Shown piece after piece: positions 20,727 to 32,379 of a stretch of DNA of 64,000 nt; position 1 is the first letter of the stretch; each line of letters starts with the position of its first letter. Below the pieces are notes generated by a model. The model was not told the DNA's origin and did not search any database. It saw nothing but the letters and a program-made list of their open reading frames with translations. The stretch lies in NCBI GenBank assembly GCA_022605425.2, contig JAKIMF020000005.1, forward strand, positions 186,001-250,000, in the 5' to 3' direction. The translations under genes were made by a program, and so were the position numbers. This DNA comes from Hamiltosporidium tvaerminnensis FI-OER-3-3. Taxonomy: Eukaryota > Fungi > Microsporidia.

Positions 20727-22469
20727 TTATTGGGAATTTTTAATTAATGACATTATTTTTTCGGTATCAAACGAATCATCATTGTTTCGATCACAAAAAA
20801 CTACTTCAATAGATTTGTTATAAAAAAATTCGCTAAATAATTTAGAAAGGGCTTCTTTCAGAGAATCATTAAGATTTAGATATTCATTATATATATTATA
20901 GTCTGTTTGGGTATTGTACAAAAGTTTTTTAATTCTAGATATTGTTAAGTCGTCAGTAATTGAGGTCTTAGAATATTTTACAGTTGATTTAATATATTTG
21001 TTTAGAACCATGTGCAAAATTTCAGCTAATTTTGCTTGATTTAAAATGTTCTCTTCCACGATTATAATCTTAAATCTTAGATATTTTGATTGTAATCTGT
21101 AAATTTCAAGTTTTAGTGATCTCAAGAAATTCAAGTATTGATTAAAAGTCAAAGATTTTATATTAAAGACACTAGATAAATCATTATTATGTTGACTCCA
21201 ACTTACATCAAAATTTTCTTTTACACTAATGAGACATGAATTCCTAAAAAAAGAAATATCAATAAATATTAAGTTAAATTTTAGATAATCGTTGGGTATC
21301 GACAAAATTTTCTCTGAAAATCTGTTTAAAATTTGTTTATTACTCGAAAAATTATCTAACTTAATTTGCAAATACAAATCACCATTTTTTAGTGAAATAT
21401 TAGTCAATCCAATTTTTAATACTTTTTCTTGATAAAAGAAATTTATATAAATTATGATTTCGTGTTTGCTAAACTCCGGAATAGAAATTGTTTTGCAAAT
21501 AAATAAATCAAAGAAATGTTTCTCAAATACTTTCAAATTATCATATACAAGACAATCAAAGAACATATTGAGCTGACTACAAAATGTAAAATATCTGATT
21601 TCGCATTCTTCATTCAAAAGATCTATACAATTTGATCCGTTTGAAGCGCCGTGTATTTTTTTTTCTGCTCCTTTTAAGATATTGAATATCGATTTTTTAT
21701 TAAAGAAACCAGTTACCCAATTTGATTCGCTTTCACATAAACAAGTTCTGTTTACTTTGCCGAAATCGATATTCAAATACTGAAATACTTGCTCGAAAAA
21801 GCCATCAAAGCAAAAAATCAGCAAAATAAATTCCAAATCAGTTAATATTCTAGCGAAAATATCAATAGACTCGGTTAAAAGAGGATCACACTCGATACAT
21901 TCTTCTACTTGAACTTTCATGTCGCTTCTTTTAAATTTTTTCTTATTTTTTGATGCGACACCTAAACTATTTATCTCTTTATGGTTTTTTTCGCTTTGTG
22001 AATCATTTTTAGTCTCAAATTTAATTTGACTCAAATTTTCTAATAGAAGAGAAAATTTTTGCTCAATCATACATCTAAAATATTTATCTCGTATTCCAAG
22101 AATAAATCCTAGTATTTTTGTCTTTTCTTTCATATTTTCGGCAAATAAACAAATATCTGTTTTTGCGAACACAGCTTCTAATAAATCAATAAATCCATTT
22201 TTAACATCATAAATACATTCTTGTTTCCATATAATCGGCATATTTTCTGGTATGTAATTATTTAGTAACAATTTGTTCTTGTCATTTAAGTAATTCAATA
22301 TTTGATTTTCATATTCTTCAAAACAGAATGCTTCATTTTTTTCACAATTCTTCTTATTCGTTGTAAAAAAAGATATAGAGCTTATATTTTCGCTAAATGT
22401 TGCAAGAAATGCAAAATTTCCGTAATTTATCAATAGTTTTAGAACAATGATTCTTGTAAAATACGACAT
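20727..22469 (-). CDS. Lineage-specific secreted protein, paralogue of 9483-11315
   Basis: 580-aa intact ORF with hydrophobic N-terminus and full-length similarity to the 610-aa ORF. Confidence 0.85.
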   Translation of the reverse strand: MSYFTRIIVLKLLINYGNFAFLATFSENISSISFFTTNKKNCEKNEAFCFEEYENQILNYLNDKNKLLLNNYIPENMPIIWKQECIYDVKNGFIDLLEAVFAKTDICLFAENMKEKTKILGFILGIRDKYFRCMIEQKFSLLLENLSQIKFETKNDSQSEKNHKEINSLGVASKNKKKFKRSDMKVQVEECIECDPLLTESIDIFARILTDLEFILLIFCFDGFFEQVFQYLNIDFGKVNRTCLCESESNWVTGFFNKKSIFNILKGAEKKIHGASNGSNCIDLLNEECEIRYFTFCSQLNMFFDCLVYDNLKVFEKHFFDLFICKTISIPEFSKHEIIIYINFFYQEKVLKIGLTNISLKNGDLYLQIKLDNFSSNKQILNRFSEKILSIPNDYLKFNLIFIDISFFRNSCLISVKENFDVSWSQHNNDLSSVFNIKSLTFNQYLNFLRSLKLEIYRLQSKYLRFKIIIVEENILNQAKLAEILHMVLNKYIKSTVKYSKTSITDDLTISRIKKLLYNTQTDYNIYNEYLNLNDSLKEALSKLFSEFFYNKSIEVVFCDRNNDDSFDTEKIMSLIKNSQ

Positions 22470-24249
22470 CTGAAGGTATATTTTAAATTTTTTTCTAATA
22501 TTTTAATTTAAAAAGGTAATTCAAAAAGATTTTAATAAAAATAAGACGCTAATTGTATTTATATTTTTAGATTTATATCATTTGTCAATACATTTTTACT
22601 AGAATGATAGAATAAAATAAAACCTTTATTACATATTCTTTTTATAGACAGCTTATATTTTTTTAGATTAAGCATATTTTTTATTTTTTTACTCAATCAA
22701 GTCAATATATTATATTACTTTATTGAATAATATTGTTTTTTTCCACAAAAATACCGTTTGTTTTATATTGAAAAAGAAGTTATGTTGCATATTTTCCAGA
22801 ATACCATTTTTTATTGTCACAAAATTTAATCTATATTATTTTATCGAAAAATTCGGACCAAAAACATTTTAATCGAAAATATTTTTTTTAGTAATTCTAT
22901 AATTCTTCATGATGGGTAAATCATTTGTTCCTATTCTATAGTTATTTTGTTTCTTTCACCATTTAAAATTTAGTATATTTTATTGTTTGAATAAAAATTG
23001 AAGTGCTCTATTTGCCTACGATATTTAAATTCACATCAAAAGTTTCTTATTATGAATGATAGCTTCTAAAATATATCGCTTCTGCTTTGTTGTAAAATAT
23101 TGCAATATTGGATGCTTTTTTTCGGTGAAAAGAGTTTTAAAATTTCGCTCGTAGCTTTTAATTTCTTGCCTGTTCAAACCAAGTTCTCTATAATACACAA
23201 ATATGAGATTTACACACCATATATTCTTTAACTAAATTTTTCTGCGTATTTCTACACAATTTTCTAAAATATAGCATTAAATATCAATTAAATTTAATTT
23301 AATACCACGATTCCACGAAGATCTTGTTTATTAGATTTCCAAGCCCAAAATATATGTTATACGAACTACTAAACATTGTTAAGGTCCGTAAATCTCATTT
23401 TCCATAAAACATCTTTGTTTCAAGTTATATAATGCCTTCGTTGTTCAATTTATACACGTGCTTTTATCTTAACATATCGTATCAGCAAAATATAAAAGTA
23501 AATTTTTTAAAAAATATAATATTACGCTATAAAGTTATATAATGCGATAATATTATAAAGTAATGGGTTTGTATTGACGTAATGGTCATATTTCTTATTT
23601 GAAAGGTAATATCATTTTAAGACTTTTGCTATTATTACTCTATTATAAATTCTCACTCATTCCAATCATGATCCTTTCTGCTCAATAATTTTTATATATT
23701 TGTAATGCCAATAAAACTTGATAACTATAGTTCAATTACATGCCTAATTATTTTTATGTTCATTAGATTCACTTCATTTGTTCAAATAAATCGATAAATT
23801 GTAAAATGTGCTCAACCGTAAAAGTAAATAATGATATACATTTACAGTATAAACTAAAATTAAATATAACCATATAATTATTCATTTATACCCGATCATA
23901 TTGTTTTAAAAATATTATTAAGATTATAACTTAAAAAACTATAAAATTTAAAAAAACATATTGAGATTCTAAATATAAATATAGAAAGATATTCAAATTA
24001 AATTAAAAAATCAAATAAAATGTTTATTTAATAAATTCCCGGCTTAAAACCATTTTCACATTTTATATGAATTTTTCTACTTTTTAAACACCATCTATTC
24101 TTTATCCAAAACCGACTCTTCAATTGTATTTATTGTCGTTTCCTCTAATTTAGTTTTTCCGCCTGGAATAAGAAGTATAGTATTATTTGGTTTAAAATGT
24201 TTAGCGCAATCGTGCACTGTATTCGGGTATTTTAAAGGGTTTCATTGGT

Positions 24250-26300
24250 TACTCATGTATTTCGGCTCTCTTGATAGCACCCACAGGCGCTATTTCCTAG
24301 CTATCTAAGGCATTTTATCTTAAACAAAATCCTCTTTGGGTCACAAAGTAAATCGTTTAGAATGTCTTTCTACGTACTTTTAAGGGAATGCATTCACAGA
24401 TATTCGCAGTTTTTGTGGTATAGCTTATAGTATTTTGTCACAATATCGTTCCAGACCATCATATAAAGGATTATCTCAACACTAGATTTATAAATAAAGC
24501 CTAACTCGCTTGCTAGCAGGTCAATCTTCCTAAGTTTTTCAGTTTCAACTATTTGAAGTGAATCTTGGGAAGTGATTTGTACTTCAATGAGTGTTATCTT
24601 ATTCTTCTTCTTATCCAAAATAGATATGTCAGGTCTGTTATTCCGAATTTTAACATCAGCTTTTATTCTATTGTCCCCTCTTATCTCTGCATACTCATTA
24701 TCAAGAATTTCAAAAACTGAATGGCTGCTAATTCGTTTTGGCGACTTAAAATTATATTTATTCAGCAAAAGTAAATGTATAAATCGTACCATTTCATTGT
24801 GTCGATTGTGTACTCATTACCCAGCATTTTTTCACATCTCGTTGCTAGATGATCTACAGTCTTAACAGACTTCCCGCAATGTTGACACAAACCATATGCT
24901 CTCTAGAATACATTTCCATCCTGGATATAGCAGAGCACAGCTTCATTTCGTGGCCTAATATTCCCTTTCTTTAGCCATCTTGAAGAGTCACCAACACACA
25001 CAAGCTCATTTTTCCTTGCATTGTATAACTTTAAAAGGAGTTTTCGTTTTTTTATTTCGTTATATAGTTTTGCAAGTTGAGCTTCTTCTAAACTTTTCTT
25101 AGTGACTTCTTCTACCAACCTATACTTTACTTTTAAGAAGCCTTTTATTAGTGCAAGATGGGTTTTATTATTCACCACCTTGAGGATTGCTGCTCGTCTA
25201 GTTGTATTTCTTTGCTTTTTTCCAGACAATCCAAGAGTTGCAGAAGCATATGTTCACTTCACAACTCAACACTATGTAGGTCTCTTCCAAGTTCTATTCT
25301 AGAAGATACAAATGCGCTTTACATCTTGGGCGGAGATGTATCTTATTCTTCACCAACACCGCACGCACAGCCTCATCTAACTTAGAGAAGTCAGCCGGTT
25401 CAAGTCGAAGTACTCCTATGTGATAGCTGATTAACCATATCGCATGTTGATTGATTGCAGAAAATAAATTTTTTGCGTTTAATCTAGTCTCACAAAGTCT
25501 TTCAACTCTTGATACAAGTTTGCTCTGTACTTCTTCAAATGAGCTACGTGTTAGGATTCCTCTGCTATCTTCCATTTTTCCTAGATATTTATAAACAGAA
25601 GCACCTTCTGGAATATTAGCAGTATCTTCACAATCTAAATCCTTTTGGCCCACTTTACTTTGTATATTGCCAATCCAAACATCTTTAAAAAACATTTTCG
25701 CCTCACTTGTTATGTATCTTAGCATTAAGGTGTCTGTTGCAAGGAGCTTAGGATCATCAATGAATAAGATATGATTGGTAGTGTGAGAATCTGCATCAAT
25801 CCTTATGTAGTGTCATTTTTATGTATTTCTCACTGTGTTTGTAGCTCAACAGATTCATACACAAGGCAAAAAGCAAAAGTTAAAACTATCGCATTGTATT
25901 ATCTGTCTCTTAATCTTCTTGCTCATGATTTTCCGCAAGACCTACTGATATGTCAATTTTTCATTTAAATATTATCACATTGAGAAATTTCAGGATATAC
26001 TTAGGTAAATTGAGTTTTATACCGCATTGAGTCAAGTATGCATGGGCGACAATGTCCTATGCTTTTTTGACATCAATCCAAGTTGCCTTCAGATTATTTC
26101 CATACTCTTTATTAAGAGCAATATTTAGCAAAGTCGACATTTTTGCTTTTTACACACCTCTTAGTATACTCAATTGGTTTTCTGCGAGCAGCCATCGCCT
26201 TTATACGTCAAGCTGAACGACTTTTGTTCCATACTTTGTTGTTAACTTATAAAGGTTGAGGAACACAGGTAATTGGCCTGTAATCAGAGCCTCTTCGCGA
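24250..26300 (-). mobile_element. Degenerate, 5'-truncated non-LTR retrotransposon with restriction-like endonuclease (R2/R4/NeSL group)
   Basis: In order on the minus strand: YRPITC, WIDVKKA*D, NHILFIDD.KLLA (about 25738-25776), YKYLG, RLNAKNLFSAINQHAI, CCHC knuckle CQHCGK..VDHLATRC, RHNE, RPDISILDK..ITLIEV..EK.RK. Multiple stops and frameshifts. Confidence 0.9.
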
Positions 26301-27068
26301 AATTTTATATCATACGAATCTTAAAAAATAATTAAATTATTATTTAAATTTACAAAATTAGGTCTTCTAAAGTCTGAGTAGATTCTTAAATAAATAGATA
26401 CAAGCATTCTTAATATGAATACAAGTTTCAAGACTTAAATAAAAAAATATTTCTAAATCATAGAAATAATTTATTCGGAATTTCAATCCTCTGAAAAAGT
26501 CTTATTGCTCTTAATAAAAAAAATAAAAAGTAAACGTAAAACTGTCATATTTCTATAAATTCATAATAATTTTGCATCTATACATAAAACTAGTTCATTT
26601 TAAATGAATAAATAATATCATACGTGCTAATAAACATCTGAAAATATATGTATTCAGTCGAGATTATCTATTTTTAAAAATAAAACTTTTCAAAATTCGC
26701 TTTTTTATGTAAAAAAATTTGAAATTCTAAATAAATAAAATTTTAATTTAATTTTTCAAAAATAAATTTTTTTTCTGAATTTTATCAAAAATAATATTTC
26801 AATTTATGAAAATACTAAAAATAGAAAAAATACAAATTATGCTATAATTAAGTTTAAAATTATAAAAACCAAAAAATTTTGATTATAAACATATATTTTA
26901 GAAAATTTTCAACAATACATCATATTTATCTATTTCTATCATAAAAACAACATTTAAGATACATTTTTTAAAAAAAGGTATGAAAACGTCATCTTTCAAA
27001 TTTATAAATTGAGAAATTAATTCGGAATATTAATAATGTACTTAAGTAGTTTCTTTTTTTGAACCAAA

Positions 27069-28424
27069 ATGAAGTTTTACATCTTTCTATTTCTGAATTC
27101 ATTTAATTTAATTTCATCCTCTATTTCAAAACAAAACATGAATGAAATTGTAGAATTACAAGAAAATGTAATAGATAATATGTGCATAACAATATACTGT
27201 CAACAGTATAAAGAATGTAAAGTAATTTCTAGTCCTGTGGATAAGAATATAATTGATATTCAAAAAGTGAAAAATTTTTATTTTAGATTTGAAATTGTAA
27301 GTAAAAATGATTGTGAAGATATTTTATATTATGAAATGACGTTGTATTACAAAGGAACAAATCAAGGTTTTAGAAGTCAATATAAAAAACATTTTGAAAT
27401 GACTATTTTAACAGACTATGACACAGATTTTAAAATCGAAATTGTTGTACATAGGAAAAACGAATGTAAAATCTATTTTGAGAAAATTCATTTAAACACA
27501 AATATTCTTGAACATGAATCGAATGGTCTGTTAAATTCTATCAATGATCAAACAGTAAAAGCACGTTTTTCTTGGTTTCCATATTATTTGAATAATTTCG
27601 AACCGTTAGAATATATTTTTCCTGACAGATTTTTTATTGGACATCGAGGTTCTGGAACGAATCAATTGAAAACCGAAATTGAATTCTACGAAAATACAAT
27701 TCCAGCTTTTGAGAATGCATTTAAAAAAGGAATATCCTGGATAGAATTTGATGTACAAGTTACATCGGATTTTATACCGATCGTTTTTCACGATTTTATG
27801 ATAAAAACAAATGAAAATGAATTTTATATCGGGTCTTTAAAATTTTCAGAAATCTCTAAAATTTGTCAATCCAAAGACTCTGGGTATTGTAATATTTTGG
27901 GTTTGGATAGCTTATTTACTATTCTTGATGAAAATATAGGTTTTAATATCGAAATAAAATATCCGAATTCAGAAGAAATTGAAGAAAATGGAATCAAAGA
28001 AACGCCAAATCTTATTTTGTTCATAAAATCTATATTTGATGTTGTTGAGCGTTATCCAGCAAGAAAAATGTTTTTTAGTTCATTTCATATGGATACAGTC
28101 ATCTTTATTCGATTGTCATATCCTAACGTAATTCTTTTTTACCTTACAGAAGGCAAAGAAAGTATTTCCTCAACAAATAATGATAATCCACTTGAATTTG
28201 CACATAATTTTTGCCGAAGATATAATTTGAAGGGAGTGATTGTAGATTCCAGCGTTCTATTGGCTTTTGAACATCACCTAGGAAGAATATTAAACGATGA
28301 TTTGTTGATATTTACATATGGAAGTGAAACAAATTATGATAATACTGTTACGCGTCTTTGGGAATCGAATATAACTGCGATGATAACGGATGATGTTGAA
28401 AACGCTAAAAATAGGTTAACTTAG
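27069..28424 (+). CDS. GDE1: Glycerophosphodiester phosphodiesterase (Gde1/GDE5-like GDPD) with signal-peptide-like N-terminus
   Basis: IGHRGSG, ENTIPAF, IEFDVQVTSDFIPIVFHD, GFNIEIKYP, FFSSF, IFTYG, MITD: a full GDPD motif set. N-terminus MKFYIFLFLNSFNLISSS. Confidence 0.9.
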   Translation: MKFYIFLFLNSFNLISSSISKQNMNEIVELQENVIDNMCITIYCQQYKECKVISSPVDKNIIDIQKVKNFYFRFEIVSKNDCEDILYYEMTLYYKGTNQGFRSQYKKHFEMTILTDYDTDFKIEIVVHRKNECKIYFEKIHLNTNILEHESNGLLNSINDQTVKARFSWFPYYLNNFEPLEYIFPDRFFIGHRGSGTNQLKTEIEFYENTIPAFENAFKKGISWIEFDVQVTSDFIPIVFHDFMIKTNENEFYIGSLKFSEISKICQSKDSGYCNILGLDSLFTILDENIGFNIEIKYPNSEEIEENGIKETPNLILFIKSIFDVVERYPARKMFFSSFHMDTVIFIRLSYPNVILFYLTEGKESISSTNNDNPLEFAHNFCRRYNLKGVIVDSSVLLAFEHHLGRILNDDLLIFTYGSETNYDNTVTRLWESNITAMITDDVENAKNRLT

Positions 28425-28655
28425 CTATTAAATAAACCGTGTTATTTTATTAAATTACTTATTAAATAAACTTTTTTATTTGACTAATTTAGTTATTAAA
28501 TAAATAATTTTATTTCTAAACTTAATGTTTGTTTTCATTTGTTTCCTTGTCAAAAAATTCAAAAATTTATGAAAGATGTTACTTTCTCGGACATAACAAA
28601 CATTTTCGCATTTAAAATACATTTTTCTATCTCTGCTATTTTTACCAGGTTATAC

Positions 28656-28869
28656 TGCCCTAATTTTCGGGAAGGCGGCCAAATTTGAAGTACGTTTCTA
28701 ACAAGGAGATCGTCTTCCTGCTCACCGTTCCACTGTTATTGCGTAAAGAATTGTTTTTACAGGTAAAATAATTGTCTTTATTAGTTTTATTCATCATAGC
28801 ACACCCCTGCTTTTTATTTTAAAATATAAAATAAAAATATTATATTCTTGTGATATAAATAATATCACA
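28656..28869. mobile_element. Solo-LTR-like element, family L copy 2 (214 bp)
   Basis: TG...CA termini. Flanks TATAC (28651-28655) and TATAT (28870-28874) form a 5-bp TSD with one mismatch. Homologous to 114-323. Confidence 0.72.
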
Positions 28870-29819
28870 TATATATCATTATTTTATTTTTTAGTGTATT
28901 TTCATAGTAAACAATTACGTGATTTTTTATTGTTGTTTTATTACTAAACTATGTTTTATTTATTTGATCGCTAGTAAATTTGCCTAATTTGGAATAAAAT
29001 TTGATTAAAAAAACAAATTTTGTTAAAGCCTTATAATTTTTCAAATGTATTTTTAGTAGCTTAGGTCTTATTTTTTTATATTTTCAAAGTTTTGTTTTTT
29101 ATGATAAAAATATAGGAAAAAGTCATATATAGTGAGACTGTAAAAAAAGCAGAGAGAATGTGTATGCAAGAAATGAAGAAAAAAGCTTGAAATTGAAAAT
29201 TATTTTGCTATTATATCTTTTTTTTTAAAGTTTTATATTTCTTTATTTAAGTTCTTAGTTTTTTAATTTACATTTTTAACCTTCATAAATTTTTTATATT
29301 TTTCAATCCAAAAATGTTTATATTTTTGTAGCCTTTTTTCTACTTCGAACTGGACTTTCCTTTCCAAAAAGGAAAAAATTTGATTTTCAATTCTCATGTA
29401 ATCTACTAGTTGAGATGATATTCTTTGCTGGATTTCAACTCACCAGGAGAGAAAGAATGAGAGACTGTATCGAAACAAAATAAGAAAATAAATATACTTG
29501 TTTCCATAAACCGAGTCAATAATTAAAAATATCTAAGTAAATTATTTTGTGCAAGTTTTCTATGCAAGATTTAGAATTTTTTTTATTGCTAAAAATATTT
29601 TTGTATTTTTTTAAACATAGGTCAAATTATTTTAAGCATATGACTTGTTTTTGTTTGATTAAATTTAAACTATTTTTTTCTGAATAAAGTTATTAAAATT
29701 TGAAAATATATTTTGCTTACGGAATACAAATACTAAAATATTATAAAAATAATGATTTTACTTTATAATTATCTTTGAAATTACATTTATAACTATAAAC
29801 AGATACTTAATGTATTAAA

Positions 29820-31916
29820 TGTCACGGGCCAATAAACCCCCACATGTCAAATAGAAACCCCGTTGTTTCTAATACATTTTTAATCTTGATAACACCCATT
29901 ATTTTTTCATATAGCGATTAATTTCTATATCCTTATAACCCATTTATTTCCCTTATTCCTATACATCTTCTTATTTTAGTTTCTTTTCCAATATTTCTTA
30001 TCCATCCTTTTGTAACATTTCCTTTGTATAAACAAATTGGATGTGTTAATTATGAATAAAACATCCAATAAAATTTATATTTTTCTTTTCAGTTCTTTTT
30101 TTTTTTGCTTTTTTCAGTTATTTGCATTTGTTAGTATTCGTAAGGTAAAATTTCATTGTAGAATTTGATACAGGCACTAAACAACATAACATTGTGTATA
30201 AATTCATTCTATGCTTTCATGTTATTTGTTTTTTGCCAAAGCATTCAGTTTATATATATAAAAAATTTAATGTAAACGAACTGTCAAAGATTGTAACTTG
30301 TAAAAATAGGCAAGAAAAAGAAATTCTTACTGCATATTTAAAAACCGGTCAGTATCCAGCTGCGTATTACAAAGAAGAAAAGAGGTTGTGTAAGCAGAAG
30401 GCAGAATATTTTACTTTGCTCGGAGATGATATTTCTTTTAAAAGGCGCGATCATCTAATAAGAGCCGTTTTGGATTTGAAACTGCCTTGATTAAACAAAC
30501 ATTCAAACAGAGCATGCTGTTGCACACATCGGAGCAAATAAAATGATGGCTTTGATTGCACAAAAATACTATGGAATTATCAAGGAATATATAAAAGAGT
30601 ATGTAAAAGAGTGTGAAGCATGTAGTCGATTCAATTCATAAAAACAATTCAGCCAATATATATAAATCATATTACCAAAAAATATGATCTTTTTATGATG
30701 GATTGTGGAGATCTCAGGAGATACAGTGATCAAGATGATCAATAAAGCAGTATTCTTAATGTAATCGACACATAACAAAACATCTCTGATGCTTTAAGCT
30801 AATTAATAAAACTTCGGAATTGTTAAGAAATTCATTAAAACTTTTATTTGACAACTTCGGTGTCTCGGTGGCAATACAATCGGATAACTGTCGTGGGTTT
30901 AAAAATGCACTACTCGAAGCTCTTTTAAAAGATCTTAACATCAAAATTATACATGGAAGATCATGCAATCCAAAGGCGCAAAGTCAGGTGGAACGTGTAA
31001 ATCAAACCATAAAAAGATGGCTAGCTAAGAAATTTCACGAAACAGGTAGAAGAAGGTGGATGGAACATCTTAATAATTCTGTTTATGCATATAACAGAAC
31101 AATACATAGTACAACAAACAAATCTCCATTTATGCTCTTCTTCGAACAACCAGGTTTTAAAAACCCATTTTCTAGAAGCATAATAATTGAAAACGAAGCC
31201 AGTACGATAGTGCCTGCTATTGATTTAGATCCTGATATAGTTTTAGTCGAAGAAAATGCAGCGGGTACACAATGGATCCTGGAAATCGCCTCGGATGTAC
31301 ATGAAGAATTTGCTGAAACGGTAAACACCGCAACCATCATAATAGCTGAGGATTTCGGAAGCGATAGTAAGATTTTTTTGGATGTTGCTAAGCATTTTAA
31401 AAATTATAGAGAAAGAATTATAGTAAACAATAATTCAAATAGTCATAAGTGAGATTTGTCTGTGGAGATCAAGTTTTGATAAAAAAAAGACTCCATATGA
31501 ATACTAAAACCAAAAGAGCGCCTTTTGGCTCTTTTTACGAAAATTCGGTTCTTACAGTTACCGTTATTTTGATGAACAACATGATTGAAGGAGAAAACAA
31601 TGATGGTGACACAAGAACAGTTTTTAAAGGCATAATAAAACGAATTTAATTTAGTTTAGTTTACTTTGCAATTATTATAGGCATTTTTTATTATTTAAGT
31701 GTTAGTATTGTAGTTTAATTTTTATTATGGCAAAACCTGAAATATTTTTTTTTGACGGAAAATTCATTTTAAAAACTATATAAGCATTTTCTAAAGAGAC
31801 CCTCTTTAAAATTTATGGAAAAAATCACTTCCTTTTTTCAAATATATGGCTCTTAAGTAAAATATATGAAAATAAAGGGGTTCTATTGGACATGGGGGGT
31901 TCATTGGCCCGTGACA
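29820..31916 (+). mobile_element. Ginger2/TDD-like DNA transposon (gypsy-related integrase between TIRs), inactivated
   Basis: TIRs of about 42 bp (TGTCACGGGCCAAT... / ...ATTGGCCCGTGACA). Integrase fragments: HAVAHIG...CEAC (HHCC), MDCGDLR, LNVIDT, QSDN, NPKAQSQVERVNQTIK, YNRTIHSTTNKSPF. Flanks TTAAA/TTATA. No RT or LTRs. Confidence 0.85.
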
Positions 31917-32379
31917 TTATATACCAAAATACACTATAAATTTAAAGAATAAAATTTAAAAATTTACAAACTTTAAAATAATAATCTGTATTTATTAAAT
32001 ATAGATTAAAGATTGCAATGAATTCGTTTTTTTCATTGGAATTTAGACATTCTTTATTAATTTATATTCTAAAAAAGTGTTTTTGATAATCTTCATAGCA
32101 AACTTCTATCATAGTGTAGTTTTCATTCATTCTTTATTTCTTTTTACTTTTCATAGTCGAAGAAGAAGTCTTTTAAAAATTCTAATTATTTCACTTTTTC
32201 ATCAAATTCGAGTTTGGAAACTTTTATAGCGAAATTAAATCTAAAAGAATATTTTTTAAGTTTTTAGAAGCGTTTTGACAAATTTATATTAAAAAGGCAA
32301 TAAAAAATCTTTTTTTCTATTCTAAATGACTTTAATTTAGAATTTATAAATAAAAAAATAAAAAAATCGTTACAAATAA

